From a virus (lineage: Duplodnaviria > Caudoviricetes): DNA of 64,000 nucleotides. The notes under the pieces are model-generated. The model saw nothing but the letters and a program-made list of their open reading frames with translations. It was not told the origin of the DNA and made no database searches. The stretch is from positions 945 through 64,944 of the IMG/VR virus record IMGVR_UViG_3300037493_005407. One strand, 5' to 3'. Every line of letters starts with the position of its first letter. Position 1 is the first letter of the stretch. This document shows positions 1-7,881 of the stretch, one piece after another. Both the position numbers and the translations under genes were made by a program.

Positions 1-266
1 TGGCTGATGACCTCTATGATGGCGAGCCCCTTCCGGGGTTCGAACTCCTAGAGATCATCGACAACGCGACGTTCATCGACATCCACGAAGACGTCGCGTA
101 TTGCGCTCTCGTGTGCCCAGACCACGAGAGCATCCTCACGTACGTTATGGAACGCACTCCTCGATGTGTTCATTACGTACCGCCCGCGGCCGAAGGTCGC
201 GTCATCGTCGGTATCAGGTTCGCGACTGATGCGAACCCCATGCCCGCAATCTTCAAACTCGCGTAG
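1..266 (+). CDS. hypothetical protein, 5' end outside window
   Basis: Open frame from nt 3 (ADDLYDGEPLPG...) to TAG 264-266, followed by the GGAGG RBS of the next gene. Confidence 0.55.
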   Translation, partial: ADDLYDGEPLPGFELLEIIDNATFIDIHEDVAYCALVCPDHESILTYVMERTPRCVHYVPPAAEGRVIVGIRFATDANPMPAIFKLA

Positions 267-274
267 GAGGTTTC

Positions 275-454
275 ATGTCTCTCGAAAATCGCTTCGCCAA
301 TATTGAAAAGGTTATGGCGGACCTGCGGGAACGCCTCAACGAAGCCAATCCAGCCAACGCGGAGTTGCTCCGCACCGCGCTCGCCGACCTCGAAAAGGTC
401 ATGAAGCGCGGCGCCGCTACCCTCAACGCTCTCCCGCCCGTTACCCGCCATTAG
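275..454 (+). CDS. 59-aa helical hypothetical protein (not in ORF track)
   Basis: AGGAGG RBS, ATG at 275, MSLENRFANIEKVMADLRERL...TRH, then TAG and a terminator. Confidence 0.7.
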   Translation: MSLENRFANIEKVMADLRERLNEANPANAELLRTALADLEKVMKRGAATLNALPPVTRH

Positions 455-480
455 CCACATCTCTGTGGCGTTTCTTTTGC
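454..480 (+). terminator. intrinsic terminator
   Basis: GCCACA-tctc-TGTGGC hairpin followed by a T-rich tract, between convergent genes. Confidence 0.6.
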
Positions 481-969
481 TTAGGAGAGGTACCGAGTCC
501 AAAGATTGGTGAGGTTAACGCGGCTAGCTACAGTCGTTATAACGTTGTACGTCCCCACGTTACTGTCCAGCTTGATGCAGATGTGCGCCAACCGCTTGTT
601 CATATCCATTGGATCTACTTCGGCTTCATCACCGAAAACTGACTTTCCGTTAGTTTTCACGACGGCCTCAATGCAGGCATGCGCGCGGTTACAGGGGATA
701 ACATCCTCGATAACAGCAATTCTCTTCAGAGGTATCATCACGTGCTTGTTGCCGCAGAAGAGGCGCGCTTGTCCGATGTCGGTGTTAAGCGCCCATTCAT
801 CCGCAATGAACCCGTAGATGGGAAGGTTGAGACCTTTCAACTCCCCGTCACTTCCGAACACCTCGTCGATTTCCTTGAGGGCTTTTAAGACGTATCCCCA
901 TCCGAGCTGGTAGTCTTCTTTTTCTAGGGGTTCGTAGAGATCAGTCCAGTCGATACGATAGTGCCGCAT
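481..969 (-). CDS. hypothetical protein
   Basis: 162-aa ORF with AAGGAG RBS. Confidence 0.7.
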   Translation of the reverse strand: MRHYRIDWTDLYEPLEKEDYQLGWGYVLKALKEIDEVFGSDGELKGLNLPIYGFIADEWALNTDIGQARLFCGNKHVMIPLKRIAVIEDVIPCNRAHACIEAVVKTNGKSVFGDEAEVDPMDMNKRLAHICIKLDSNVGTYNVITTVASRVNLTNLWTRYLS

Positions 970-1077
970 GCTGCTTGGCTCCTTTCTTGGTTGTGGTGGT
1001 AGTAAAACCTAACAGCATCTGCACCGTACCTCCTCTTTTTCTCCGTGTCAACTGTCAGACTCAGAACGCAACTCCGT

Positions 1078-1092
1078 CTTTGGTAAAAGAAG
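1078..1092 (+). promoter_or_regulatory. recurrent phage promoter-like motif TTGGTAAAAGAA
   Basis: Same motif at 3711, 43267 and 43668, each upstream of a gene start; resembles an extended -10 (TGnTAnnnn). Confidence 0.55.
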
Positions 1093-1172
1093 AGTGAAGA
1101 AATTCTCCGCAGTACGTGCCCCGGGCACGCGCGTACAGCGAACACTCAACGCCCATTTGAAAGGACATCCAA

Positions 1173-2177
1173 ATGAACGATCTCATCAATCACCCCGACG
1201 TAATCAATGACGCTCTGCAACAAGTGGAGGAGCTCGATGCTGCTCGGGCTAATAAGCCCCTCACCGACCGAGAGTTCAAAGCGGTCATTGCGTCGATCAA
1301 CACGGCGCACGACACGACCTTTGATCCCCCGACGGAGGAGGAGCGCAAAGCTGCCTTCGATCGTCTCCTCCACCTCGAGATGCACGACCAGCTCATTGCG
1401 GACCTCGCAAAAGACCTTGCCATCGCTTTGAATGCCGTCCCCCGCGAAAGCGACGGCCCCCTCTCCAACAGGGACTTCCATAGTCCCGCTCGTGCGTTGT
1501 GGCGCAAGGCCACATCCGGTATCCGCCAAGAGGCGCGCATCCAGGCCACCATCTGCGCAGCCCGGTTCGAGGCAGCCCGCCACGCCGGCTCGATGACCCA
1601 CAACAATATGGGAGACATCGACGTTTACGCGGCGTTCTGGCTGCTCATCGACCTCATCGGCCAGGGCGGGTCGATGGGTCTGGGCAACGGCTCGAGCGCC
1701 CGCGAAGGCGCCTTCGGGCGGTTGGGCAAAGGCCGGCGCCAGGCGAGTGACGGCGCTTGCTGGTACGCCGCCGCGGAGGCTGCGTACATCCGGCTCACAC
1801 TGGCTGCCTCGGGCAGTCTCCGCAACGCCGCCACCGGTCTCATCATCACCTATGATGAAACCGCGGGAGTCGTCGCGCAGCTCGACGGCTGGGGAATCAC
1901 CGTCGATCGCGACGACCCCACCCACGACAAGTACTGGGTGATGTTCACGGACTCGTTCGAGTTGTTCCCACTGTCCGGGTTGGCGCTCCTCCACGCCACC
2001 GCCCCGGACTCCTGCCCCATGCATGCCAATGCGTGGGTGAAGTTCGACTTGAGCATTGAGCAGGCCGCTCAGTGGTTTGACGATGTGCAAGCGGCGTGCA
2101 GGAAGCACAGCGCCGAGGTCAACGTCAAACCCGAACCCGCTGCAGCTGCTCCCGCCCCCGAACACGAGTACTGGTAG
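1173..2177 (+). CDS. hypothetical protein
   Basis: 334-aa ORF with AAAGGA RBS, GC3-rich codons and a downstream terminator. Confidence 0.75.
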   Translation: MNDLINHPDVINDALQQVEELDAARANKPLTDREFKAVIASINTAHDTTFDPPTEEERKAAFDRLLHLEMHDQLIADLAKDLAIALNAVPRESDGPLSNRDFHSPARALWRKATSGIRQEARIQATICAARFEAARHAGSMTHNNMGDIDVYAAFWLLIDLIGQGGSMGLGNGSSAREGAFGRLGKGRRQASDGACWYAAAEAAYIRLTLAASGSLRNAATGLIITYDETAGVVAQLDGWGITVDRDDPTHDKYWVMFTDSFELFPLSGLALLHATAPDSCPMHANAWVKFDLSIEQAAQWFDDVQAACRKHSAEVNVKPEPAAAAPAPEHEYW

Positions 2178-2200
2178 ACCCCGCCTTAGACCCACCTTAT

Positions 2201-2222
2201 AGGGAGCAATCCCTTTCTTTTT
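2201..2222 (+). terminator. intrinsic terminator
   Basis: AGGGA-GCAA-TCCCT hairpin plus T tract. Confidence 0.65.
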
Positions 2223-2253
2223 CCTTATGCCTGTGTTATGGGCTTATTCACCC

Positions 2254-2322
2254 TCACCTGTGGCCGACTGGAAGGCAAAGTCCTGCAGGTTCATATGCTA
2301 GGTTCGAATCCAGCCGGGTGGG
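2254..2322 (+). tRNA. degenerate tRNA-Cys(GCA)-like element, probable pseudo-tRNA
   Basis: Acceptor TCACCTG/CGGGTGG, D arm GCC-GACTGGAA-GGC, loop CTGCAGG, T loop GGTTCGAATCC; the anticodon stem (AAGTC/TTCAT) does not pair. Confidence 0.5.
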
Positions 2323-2329
2323 GGTTTAC

Positions 2330-2670
2330 GGGGCTGAAAGGTTTAGACGGTACAACTGAAGTTATGCTCGCACGCCCCTGATGACGCTTACAGGGTATAG
2401 AAGTGTCAAACATCAAATGCCGAACCGCAGGAGATGCTGAAAGCGGCTTGACCGCTCTCCGTCGTACAGTCCCTTCCCTCTGTAGAGGCTGATACGGCGT
2501 AATTAACCAGGGCGCTCTGACCAAAGGCTCTCAGTATGGTCAGCTAAGATACGAGAGAAAACTGATACGCTATCGTGGCAGGTAGCGTACCAAGAGAGAT
2601 GCCACCAAGCGTGTGGACGAGGGTGTAGAAGAAGATGTATCGGACCCGGTTTCGATTACCGGCAGCTCCA
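2330..2670 (+). ncRNA. ssrA: tmRNA, tag peptide (A)AEPQEMLKAA
   Basis: 5' GGGGCTGAAAGGTTTAGAC; 3' GGAC-CCGGT-TTCGATT-ACCGG-CAGCTCCA with the G3-U alanine identity pair; tag frame 2419-2451 ends in AA-stop; CCA not encoded. Confidence 0.92.
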
Positions 2671-2671
2671 A

Positions 2672-2803
2672 TCAGGTCCACTTTTCCGTTGCAAAGTTGA
2701 CGCAGAAAAAGACGCTTATGCTAAGGAACACGGATTTTTAGTTGTGAGACGCGCAACCGAGGTATACTGCGTGTTGGACCCAGCAGTACTCGAAGGGCTC
2801 TAG
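2672..2803 (+). pseudogene. possible C-terminal remnant of a Vsr/DUF559-like endonuclease
   Basis: Frame without a start codon reading KVDAEKDAYAKEHGFLVVRR...*. Confidence 0.3.
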
Positions 2804-2824
2804 TAAGAATAAACGGAGAAAAAC

Positions 2825-3307
2825 ATGGAAGAACCCAAAACAGAAACCAACCTTGACGACGCCATCACCTTCCGCTTGAACAACGAGCCCGGCGAACCCG
2901 CCATCAAGATGAGTTATGACGGGAAGTTCTTCGTGCAGGGTCGCGAAGTCACTGAGGACAAAGAGCTATACAACGCCTTCGTCGCCTTCTTCCGGGCGTC
3001 GGGGCATTACAAGGAGAATCCAATGACCGAAAAGACCCTCAACAACACGAACATGAACGAGCTCAAAGCCAACGTCTCTGACGTTCAACTCCACGGCGAC
3101 CCCGGTGCCTGGGTGTGCGTGTGCAAGGCTTCGAGCAAAGAGCAAGGCTGGATGAAGAGCACCAAGGCCATGAACATCGAAGGTCTCGGCGTCCTTGTCC
3201 AGGTGAGCACCCAGCAGGGTAATGAAGTCGCCGAGGCGCTGACGTTCGTTCCCGGTGGTAAGTTGCACGTAGACGAAAACGGCATTTACCACTTCACACT
3301 GCTTTAA
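2825..3307 (+). CDS. phage hypothetical protein with a second in-frame start at 3023
   Basis: GGAG RBS at the start; internal AAGGAG RBS plus ATG; C-terminal half contains GWMKSTKAM...VQVSTQQ...VAEALTFVPG. Confidence 0.75.
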   Translation: MEEPKTETNLDDAITFRLNNEPGEPAIKMSYDGKFFVQGREVTEDKELYNAFVAFFRASGHYKENPMTEKTLNNTNMNELKANVSDVQLHGDPGAWVCVCKASSKEQGWMKSTKAMNIEGLGVLVQVSTQQGNEVAEALTFVPGGKLHVDENGIYHFTLL

Positions 3308-3326
3308 CCAGTTGGCAGCTGGTCGA

Positions 3327-3357
3327 GCGGCCTGAGTACGCCGCCTTAAAACTGCTT
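3327..3357 (+). ncRNA. small H-type pseudoknot candidate
   Basis: Stem GCGGC/GCCGC; loop CTGAGTAC can pair with the downstream AAAACTGCTT. Confidence 0.35.
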
Positions 3358-3359
3358 GA

Positions 3360-3410
3360 CCCAGTAACTCCTTTACTTTGAGCGGTGCGGGAGTCTACTG
3401 GGTTTTTTTT
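3360..3410 (+). terminator. intrinsic terminator
   Basis: CCCAGTA...TACTGGG stem followed by T8. Confidence 0.6.
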
Positions 3411-3445
3411 ACCTTCAAGAGCTATCCTTGCCCCAGGAGGTCCCC

Positions 3446-3694
3446 ATGCTCAAAACAGCAGCACAAATCACAGACGAGATCCTGGCCAAGGTTGGCATGC
3501 CCATTCGCTTCGTGGGCCACAATGTTCCTCAGGTTACTCCCGAGGCTCTGGCAAAGGCACAAGAGCTTCTGCGTAAACAGATCGCCGCCATGGACAAAGC
3601 GCCCGGCCGCTTCTCAACCGACGCAGCGCATTTGGGTAACCAAGCGCGGGCTACCCTCTCCGACTCTGCTGCTAGCGCTCCTATCCAGCATTAA
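3446..3694 (+). CDS. small protein with K-x-A leader (MLKTAAQ...)
   Basis: AGGAGG RBS before ATG 3446. Confidence 0.65.
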   Translation: MLKTAAQITDEILAKVGMPIRFVGHNVPQVTPEALAKAQELLRKQIAAMDKAPGRFSTDAAHLGNQARATLSDSAASAPIQH

Positions 3695-3710
3695 AAAACC
3701 CAGCCCCGTT

Positions 3711-3722
3711 TTGGTAAAAGAA
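3711..3722 (+). promoter_or_regulatory. promoter-like motif TTGGTAAAAGAA
   Basis: Copy of the recurrent motif. Confidence 0.55.
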
Positions 3723-3765
3723 CATGTAGGAAAACCACAGCGCTAACGCGCTAGAGGAGGACCTC

Positions 3766-3822
3766 ATGTTCCAGAAGATTAAGGCGGTTATCCGCCTCTT
3801 CTCGAACCCCAGTGGACACTGA
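3766..3822 (+). CDS. 18-aa peptide MFQKIKAVIRLFSNPSGH
   Basis: GAGGAGG RBS, own promoter motif upstream, hairpin-T terminator (GTGAGT/ACTCAC) downstream. Confidence 0.55.
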   Translation: MFQKIKAVIRLFSNPSGH

Positions 3823-3897
3823 GGTTTGAGGAAGTGAGTACAAACTCACTTTTTATTTTGGTATGAGAGTACGCACCAACAACCAAAGGAGGTCCTA

Positions 3898-4338
3898 ATG
3901 CTTTATTCGTTTTCCTGTTCTAAGTGTGGCTGCACCAAACTCGAGGAGGTCACTGTCGATGCGACGGTCATAACCGTGTTCGATGAGGTCGATGATGATG
4001 GGTGCTACACTCCCATCGAGACTGACTACGAAGACGGTGAATTTTTGTGTTACCGCTGCTACAAGTGCAGCGAAAAGCTCTCCGCAGCCTGCCGCGAAGA
4101 GATGATCGAGTATCTCAAGACCCAGAACAACAGCACCGACCCCGTAGAGTTCCTCGTAGCCAGAGACGATCTCACCTGGAACATTGTCCGCGAGATCCCC
4201 CCGTTCAAGGTAACCCACGACATAACAGATCAACGCCTAGTCGAGTGGTTTCAGCGTGAGTTTTTCCCTCAGCTAAGCTATAAGAATGCCGTCCTAGTTT
4301 CCGTTTACAACCGCAACCCAGAACCGGAGGTATTATGA
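3898..4338 (+). CDS. Zn-ribbon hypothetical protein
   Basis: CxxC pairs (CSKC, CYKC); AAGGAGG RBS. Confidence 0.7.
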   Translation: MLYSFSCSKCGCTKLEEVTVDATVITVFDEVDDDGCYTPIETDYEDGEFLCYRCYKCSEKLSAACREEMIEYLKTQNNSTDPVEFLVARDDLTWNIVREIPPFKVTHDITDQRLVEWFQREFFPQLSYKNAVLVSVYNRNPEPEVL

Positions 4339-4679
4339 AACAGTTCAGTTGTCCTTTCTGCGAGAAGTCCACCACCTTTGAAGAAGTCCTCATCCACGGA
4401 GAGCTCGTCCGCACCGTGATTGAGCGCAACCCAGGTGGGCTGCTCTACGGTGAAGAGTCCAACACCATGGTGTTCGACCACTACCGCTGCTCCGTGTGCC
4501 ACTCCAAGCTCCCGGCGTACGACCTGTTCGCCCTGAACATCTGGCTGGACGCGCATGGGGTCGAAGTGGTGCCCCCCACCGATGTTACGCTGTTGCTTCA
4601 CACTGACCCGCCTATGACCGTGAAACCCGAACCCGAACCAGAAATCGAAGACAAACCCGAGGTAAAACCCTGGCCATGA
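4335..4679 (+). CDS. Zn-ribbon hypothetical protein, paralog-like to the upstream gene
   Basis: FSCPFC..FEEV and YRCSVC; ATGA overlap. Confidence 0.7.
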   Translation: MKQFSCPFCEKSTTFEEVLIHGELVRTVIERNPGGLLYGEESNTMVFDHYRCSVCHSKLPAYDLFALNIWLDAHGVEVVPPTDVTLLLHTDPPMTVKPEPEPEIEDKPEVKPWP

Positions 4680-4927
4680 AACCACTATTCAAAACGACGA
4701 TTATTATCTGGTCCGAGGCGAACACCGACAACGTCAGCGCGGAGGAGCTAGCTCACGACGCTGACAGCGGCGATTCGTACTGCAGTGTTAAGAACTGCAA
4801 ATTCGTTGAGAGCCCTGACCAGGACGAGGACTGGGACGACACCGAATTCTTTGGTGACGACGAGGAGGAAGAGGAAGAGGAAGAGGAAGAGGAAGAGGAA
4901 GAGGAAGAGGAAGAAGAGGATGAGTGA
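4676..4927 (+). CDS. small protein with poly-Glu tail
   Basis: ATGA overlap; ends DDE(19)DE. Confidence 0.7.
   Translation: MKPLFKTTIIIWSEANTDNVSAEELAHDADSGDSYCSVKNCKFVESPDQDEDWDDTEFFGDDEEEEEEEEEEEEEEEEEEEDE
4865..4912 (+). repeat. (GAGGAA)8 microsatellite
   Basis: Perfect hexamer tandem encoding poly-Glu. Confidence 0.9.
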
Positions 4928-5243
4928 TACGCCTGAGGAACTAGCAAAGAATCTCTTGGGGGGTACGCCCCCTCTCGAGTTTCTCGATTCAATGCTCGAC
5001 AAAGTCCACGATAACCTGCGCGTACGCAACGAGATCATTGCGTCGATAACGGCAAAAGAAAACAACATGTCCATTTTCGCTACTGACGCTCTCGGCCGCG
5101 TTCTCGATAACATCACGCTGGAACTCGGAGACCTCCCGCATGAGGATTACCTCGAGGTTCTCGAAAAGCTCAAGGCTGCCATCGAGACGCGTATCAAAGG
5201 TGTCCATGAGGATATCGCCAGAAAGGAAACAACGTGTCCCTAG
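4920..5243 (+). CDS. helical hypothetical protein
   Basis: True start MSDTPEE at 4920; shares DY(L/I)E.LE.L...IETR with the next gene. Confidence 0.7.
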   Translation: MSDTPEELAKNLLGGTPPLEFLDSMLDKVHDNLRVRNEIIASITAKENNMSIFATDALGRVLDNITLELGDLPHEDYLEVLEKLKAAIETRIKGVHEDIARKETTCP

Positions 5244-5479
5244 CCACTAACGCAATTGACCGTATCAAAGACCAAATCACCAGCGAAGCAGATGGTCTCT
5301 CTTTAGCGGATTATATCGAGCTCCTCGAAGAGCTCCAGGACGAGATCGAGACGCGCCTCGACGGAGCCAAAGAGGACAAAGAGCGTGCAGACAACGAGAC
5401 ATGGGAGGCCGCGGTAGACGCCGAGGTTGCGCAAGAGCTTGAAGCAAAGCGGGACTTGGATGGAAGTGAGGGCGAATGA
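5234..5479 (+). CDS. acidic helical hypothetical protein
   Basis: AAGGA RBS, GTG start. Confidence 0.7.
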   Translation: MSLATNAIDRIKDQITSEADGLSLADYIELLEELQDEIETRLDGAKEDKERADNETWEAAVDAEVAQELEAKRDLDGSEGE

Positions 5480-5772
5480 CAACCGAAGGCACCTACATCT
5501 ATTCCTGCCCAATGCCTGACCACAATACCCTGCAGGGAGGTCCTATACCATCTACAGGCGTTATTACTATAAGCACGCCCATCATGCTTACTGACCAGGA
5601 CCAGATTCAGAGCCTCATTGATACTGTTGCATCTCAACAGGAAGAAATCGAGTATCTCAAACTACAAGTTGAAATCTGCAAGCAAGCCATAGCTTTGGCT
5701 CGCAGCTACATGACCCCACGGCAGCTAGAGTCGCTGGGGTATATGTCGCAGCTTCTGAGAGCGCCCAAATGA
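5476..5772 (+). CDS. hypothetical protein
   Basis: ATGA-coupled ORF. Confidence 0.6.
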   Translation: MTTEGTYIYSCPMPDHNTLQGGPIPSTGVITISTPIMLTDQDQIQSLIDTVASQQEEIEYLKLQVEICKQAIALARSYMTPRQLESLGYMSQLLRAPK

Positions 5773-6050
5773 AAAAGGTATTGGTATGTGGCCTGACCTT
5801 GGGCTTGTTTATTGGTATGGGTATCGTGCTAGTGCTAGCGGAACATGCTCAAATAACCGTAGTAAAAGAGTCCAAAGCAAAAGAAGCAGAACTCCGCCAA
5901 CAACTCGATGATGTAAACAAGCAGTTGGACTCTTGCTACGAAGCGGCAGACACCTTCCGCGAGGATTATTTTAAGTGCGAGCGGGATAAAGGATTTGAGT
6001 GGAAAGAGCGCATGGAGCTTATGTGCTCTCACTTTAAAGAGGAGGACTGA
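5769..6050 (+). CDS. membrane-anchored coiled-coil protein
   Basis: N-terminal hydrophobic helix followed by heptads and Cys residues. Confidence 0.65.
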   Translation: MKKVLVCGLTLGLFIGMGIVLVLAEHAQITVVKESKAKEAELRQQLDDVNKQLDSCYEAADTFREDYFKCERDKGFEWKERMELMCSHFKEED

Positions 6051-6051
6051 A

Positions 6052-6312
6052 ATGACTGATGTAATTTTAAGAGCCGAGGTATTGCTTAGAGTCGCTAAGC
6101 GCGTTGACGACAACCTTATGCTTTTGCGTAATGACCGTTTTATAAAGTGTCCCTTTAAGAACGAGGACCCTTGTAACTCAGAGTGCGCCTTGTACCGCGA
6201 GGAAATACTCGAAAAGATTGTTATCGAGGAGGGAGAAGAGGACCAAGAAGTCGAACAGCTAAAAGCTTTTTGTGGCAGCAACGGCGTGATGTGCGAAATC
6301 GTTAACGTCTAA
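6052..6312 (+). CDS. Cys-rich hypothetical protein
   Basis: GAGGAGG RBS; CPF...CNSECALY. Confidence 0.6.
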   Translation: MTDVILRAEVLLRVAKRVDDNLMLLRNDRFIKCPFKNEDPCNSECALYREEILEKIVIEEGEEDQEVEQLKAFCGSNGVMCEIVNV

Positions 6313-6506
6313 TGTCCATCACACACGAAGTCGTAATCTGGTGCGACGTTTGCGGCACTTGGGAGCGTTCGATAGAGACGGCGGCTAAAGCCCGTAAGAA
6401 GCTCAAGGCTCTGGGGTGGGCTCGCATACCAGTGACTCGTGGGTATCCAGCGTTTCAGGACCTATGCAGCTATTGCTTTGCTAAACGAAAGGAGCAAAAG
6501 AAATGA
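6312..6506 (+). CDS. small Zn-finger protein
   Basis: WCDVCG...GW...DLCSYC. Confidence 0.65.
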   Translation: MSITHEVVIWCDVCGTWERSIETAAKARKKLKALGWARIPVTRGYPAFQDLCSYCFAKRKEQKK

Positions 6507-7537
6507 CAACCCACATCATCCACCACAATGACTTGGACGGCTACGCCAGCGCAGGCATAGCCAAAGCGTTCCTTGAAAAGCAGGGTATCCACCCCCACTT
6601 CATCGAGATGAACTACGGCATGACTTTGCCGGAAGTGTTCAACCAACAGGACACAGTTTATATGCTGGACTTCTCGCTGCAGCCCTTCGATGCAGCCATG
6701 GAAGCTCTAGCCAATAGCGTGGACAAGTTCATTTGGATTGACCATCACGCCAGCAGCATCAGCGCCTATAAGCTGTTGCAGCAAGAGAAGGGACTGTCCT
6801 GGGGCTATGACGGCGTCCGCCTCGATGGCTACTGCGGCGCAGAGTTGACGTGGGCGTGGTTCAACCTTCCCGGAAGGTCTCTCAGCGAACTTGAGGGTAT
6901 ATGCCAGGAAGCCCCCGACGCCATCAAGCTCGTCGGCGACTGGGACACCTGGCGTCACGCGAAGATGGTCGATAGCAAAGCGCCCTTCTTCAAGATGTAC
7001 TTTGATACAATGGTGCCTGAGGGTGTTATCGAGTGGTTTAGGGTGTACGCAGAAGAATCCTGGTTGGAAGGTTCTGGGCACGCCAAGTACATGGAAGAGG
7101 TAACAGCACAAGCTATCCATATTGGCACAAGCATCAAGATGTTCGAAGTCTCCGAAAGCGCAGCCCTCATGAAGAGCCGGGCGTTTGAGGCTAAGCTTGT
7201 CATCCCCGCAGCACCTGGCGTATCTCGTGACTCAGCTTATGCTGAAGTCGTTTACTCTGTCATCGCCGCCAATATGGGAGCCCGTGGCAGCGACCGCTTT
7301 GCCAGTGTGTACCAGCCCGAGAAGCACGAGCTCATGCTCGGCTTCGCGTACGAGAATACTGGCAAGGTCACGGTCAGCCTCTACTCCACCAACCCAGACA
7401 TCGACTGCGGCGCTATTGCAAAGCTCTGTGGTGAAGCTGGGCCATTTCCAGGTGGTGGTGGGCACAAAGGCGCAGCAGGGTTCCAGACGAGCTGGGAGTT
7501 CCTGATGGACAAGTTGCTTAAGCTACCACCGCAATGA
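6503..7537 (+). CDS. DHH/DHHA1 family phosphoesterase
   Basis: HHNDLDG, MLDFS, WIDHH, GDWDTW and C-terminal GGGGHKGAAG motifs. Confidence 0.9.
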   Translation: MTTHIIHHNDLDGYASAGIAKAFLEKQGIHPHFIEMNYGMTLPEVFNQQDTVYMLDFSLQPFDAAMEALANSVDKFIWIDHHASSISAYKLLQQEKGLSWGYDGVRLDGYCGAELTWAWFNLPGRSLSELEGICQEAPDAIKLVGDWDTWRHAKMVDSKAPFFKMYFDTMVPEGVIEWFRVYAEESWLEGSGHAKYMEEVTAQAIHIGTSIKMFEVSESAALMKSRAFEAKLVIPAAPGVSRDSAYAEVVYSVIAANMGARGSDRFASVYQPEKHELMLGFAYENTGKVTVSLYSTNPDIDCGAIAKLCGEAGPFPGGGGHKGAAGFQTSWEFLMDKLLKLPPQ

Positions 7538-7881
7538 AACCGACATTCGTTAATCAGATTCAGCAGCAAGTAACCGACGGGAGCATCACTGACCCCGTCG
7601 TCATTGGCTTGCTCGAGGAATACGACAAGCTCTTAAACACGTCGTTATCGACGATCTCCAAAATGGCCAAGGACCTCTTCGCAAAGGCATATATCGACGG
7701 AGTGGACGCCGCACAAAAGATTGTGATGGCGGAGCTCACACGACACGTGCCACTCGTTACTGCAATCTTGCATCAGATCGACAGAGACATGGCAAAACTA
7801 AAGGAGCCCTACAATGATCCAGATAAAAACGATCGGGAACGAGCTGACGACCACCGGCTATTACTGCGACCGCTGCGGTAA
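7534..7881 (+). CDS. hypothetical protein
   Basis: ATGA-coupled ORF. Confidence 0.6.
   Translation: MKPTFVNQIQQQVTDGSITDPVVIGLLEEYDKLLNTSLSTISKMAKDLFAKAYIDGVDAAQKIVMAELTRHVPLVTAILHQIDRDMAKLKEPYNDPDKNDRERADDHRLLLRPLR

Noticed and set aside
1146-2195. 349-aa minus-strand ORF
   Set aside because: Antisense shadow of the GC3-rich gene 1173..2177, which has the RBS, promoter motif and terminator.
4785-4919. Poly-KR N-terminal extension (and poly-Ser or FL ORFs on the minus strand)
   Set aside because: These are alternative readings of the GAGGAA microsatellite; the real start is ATG 4920.
6503-7537. DHH phosphoesterase as a novel anti-signalling enzyme
   Set aside because: This DHH/DHHA1 type is common in large phages and nothing in the sequence indicates its substrate.
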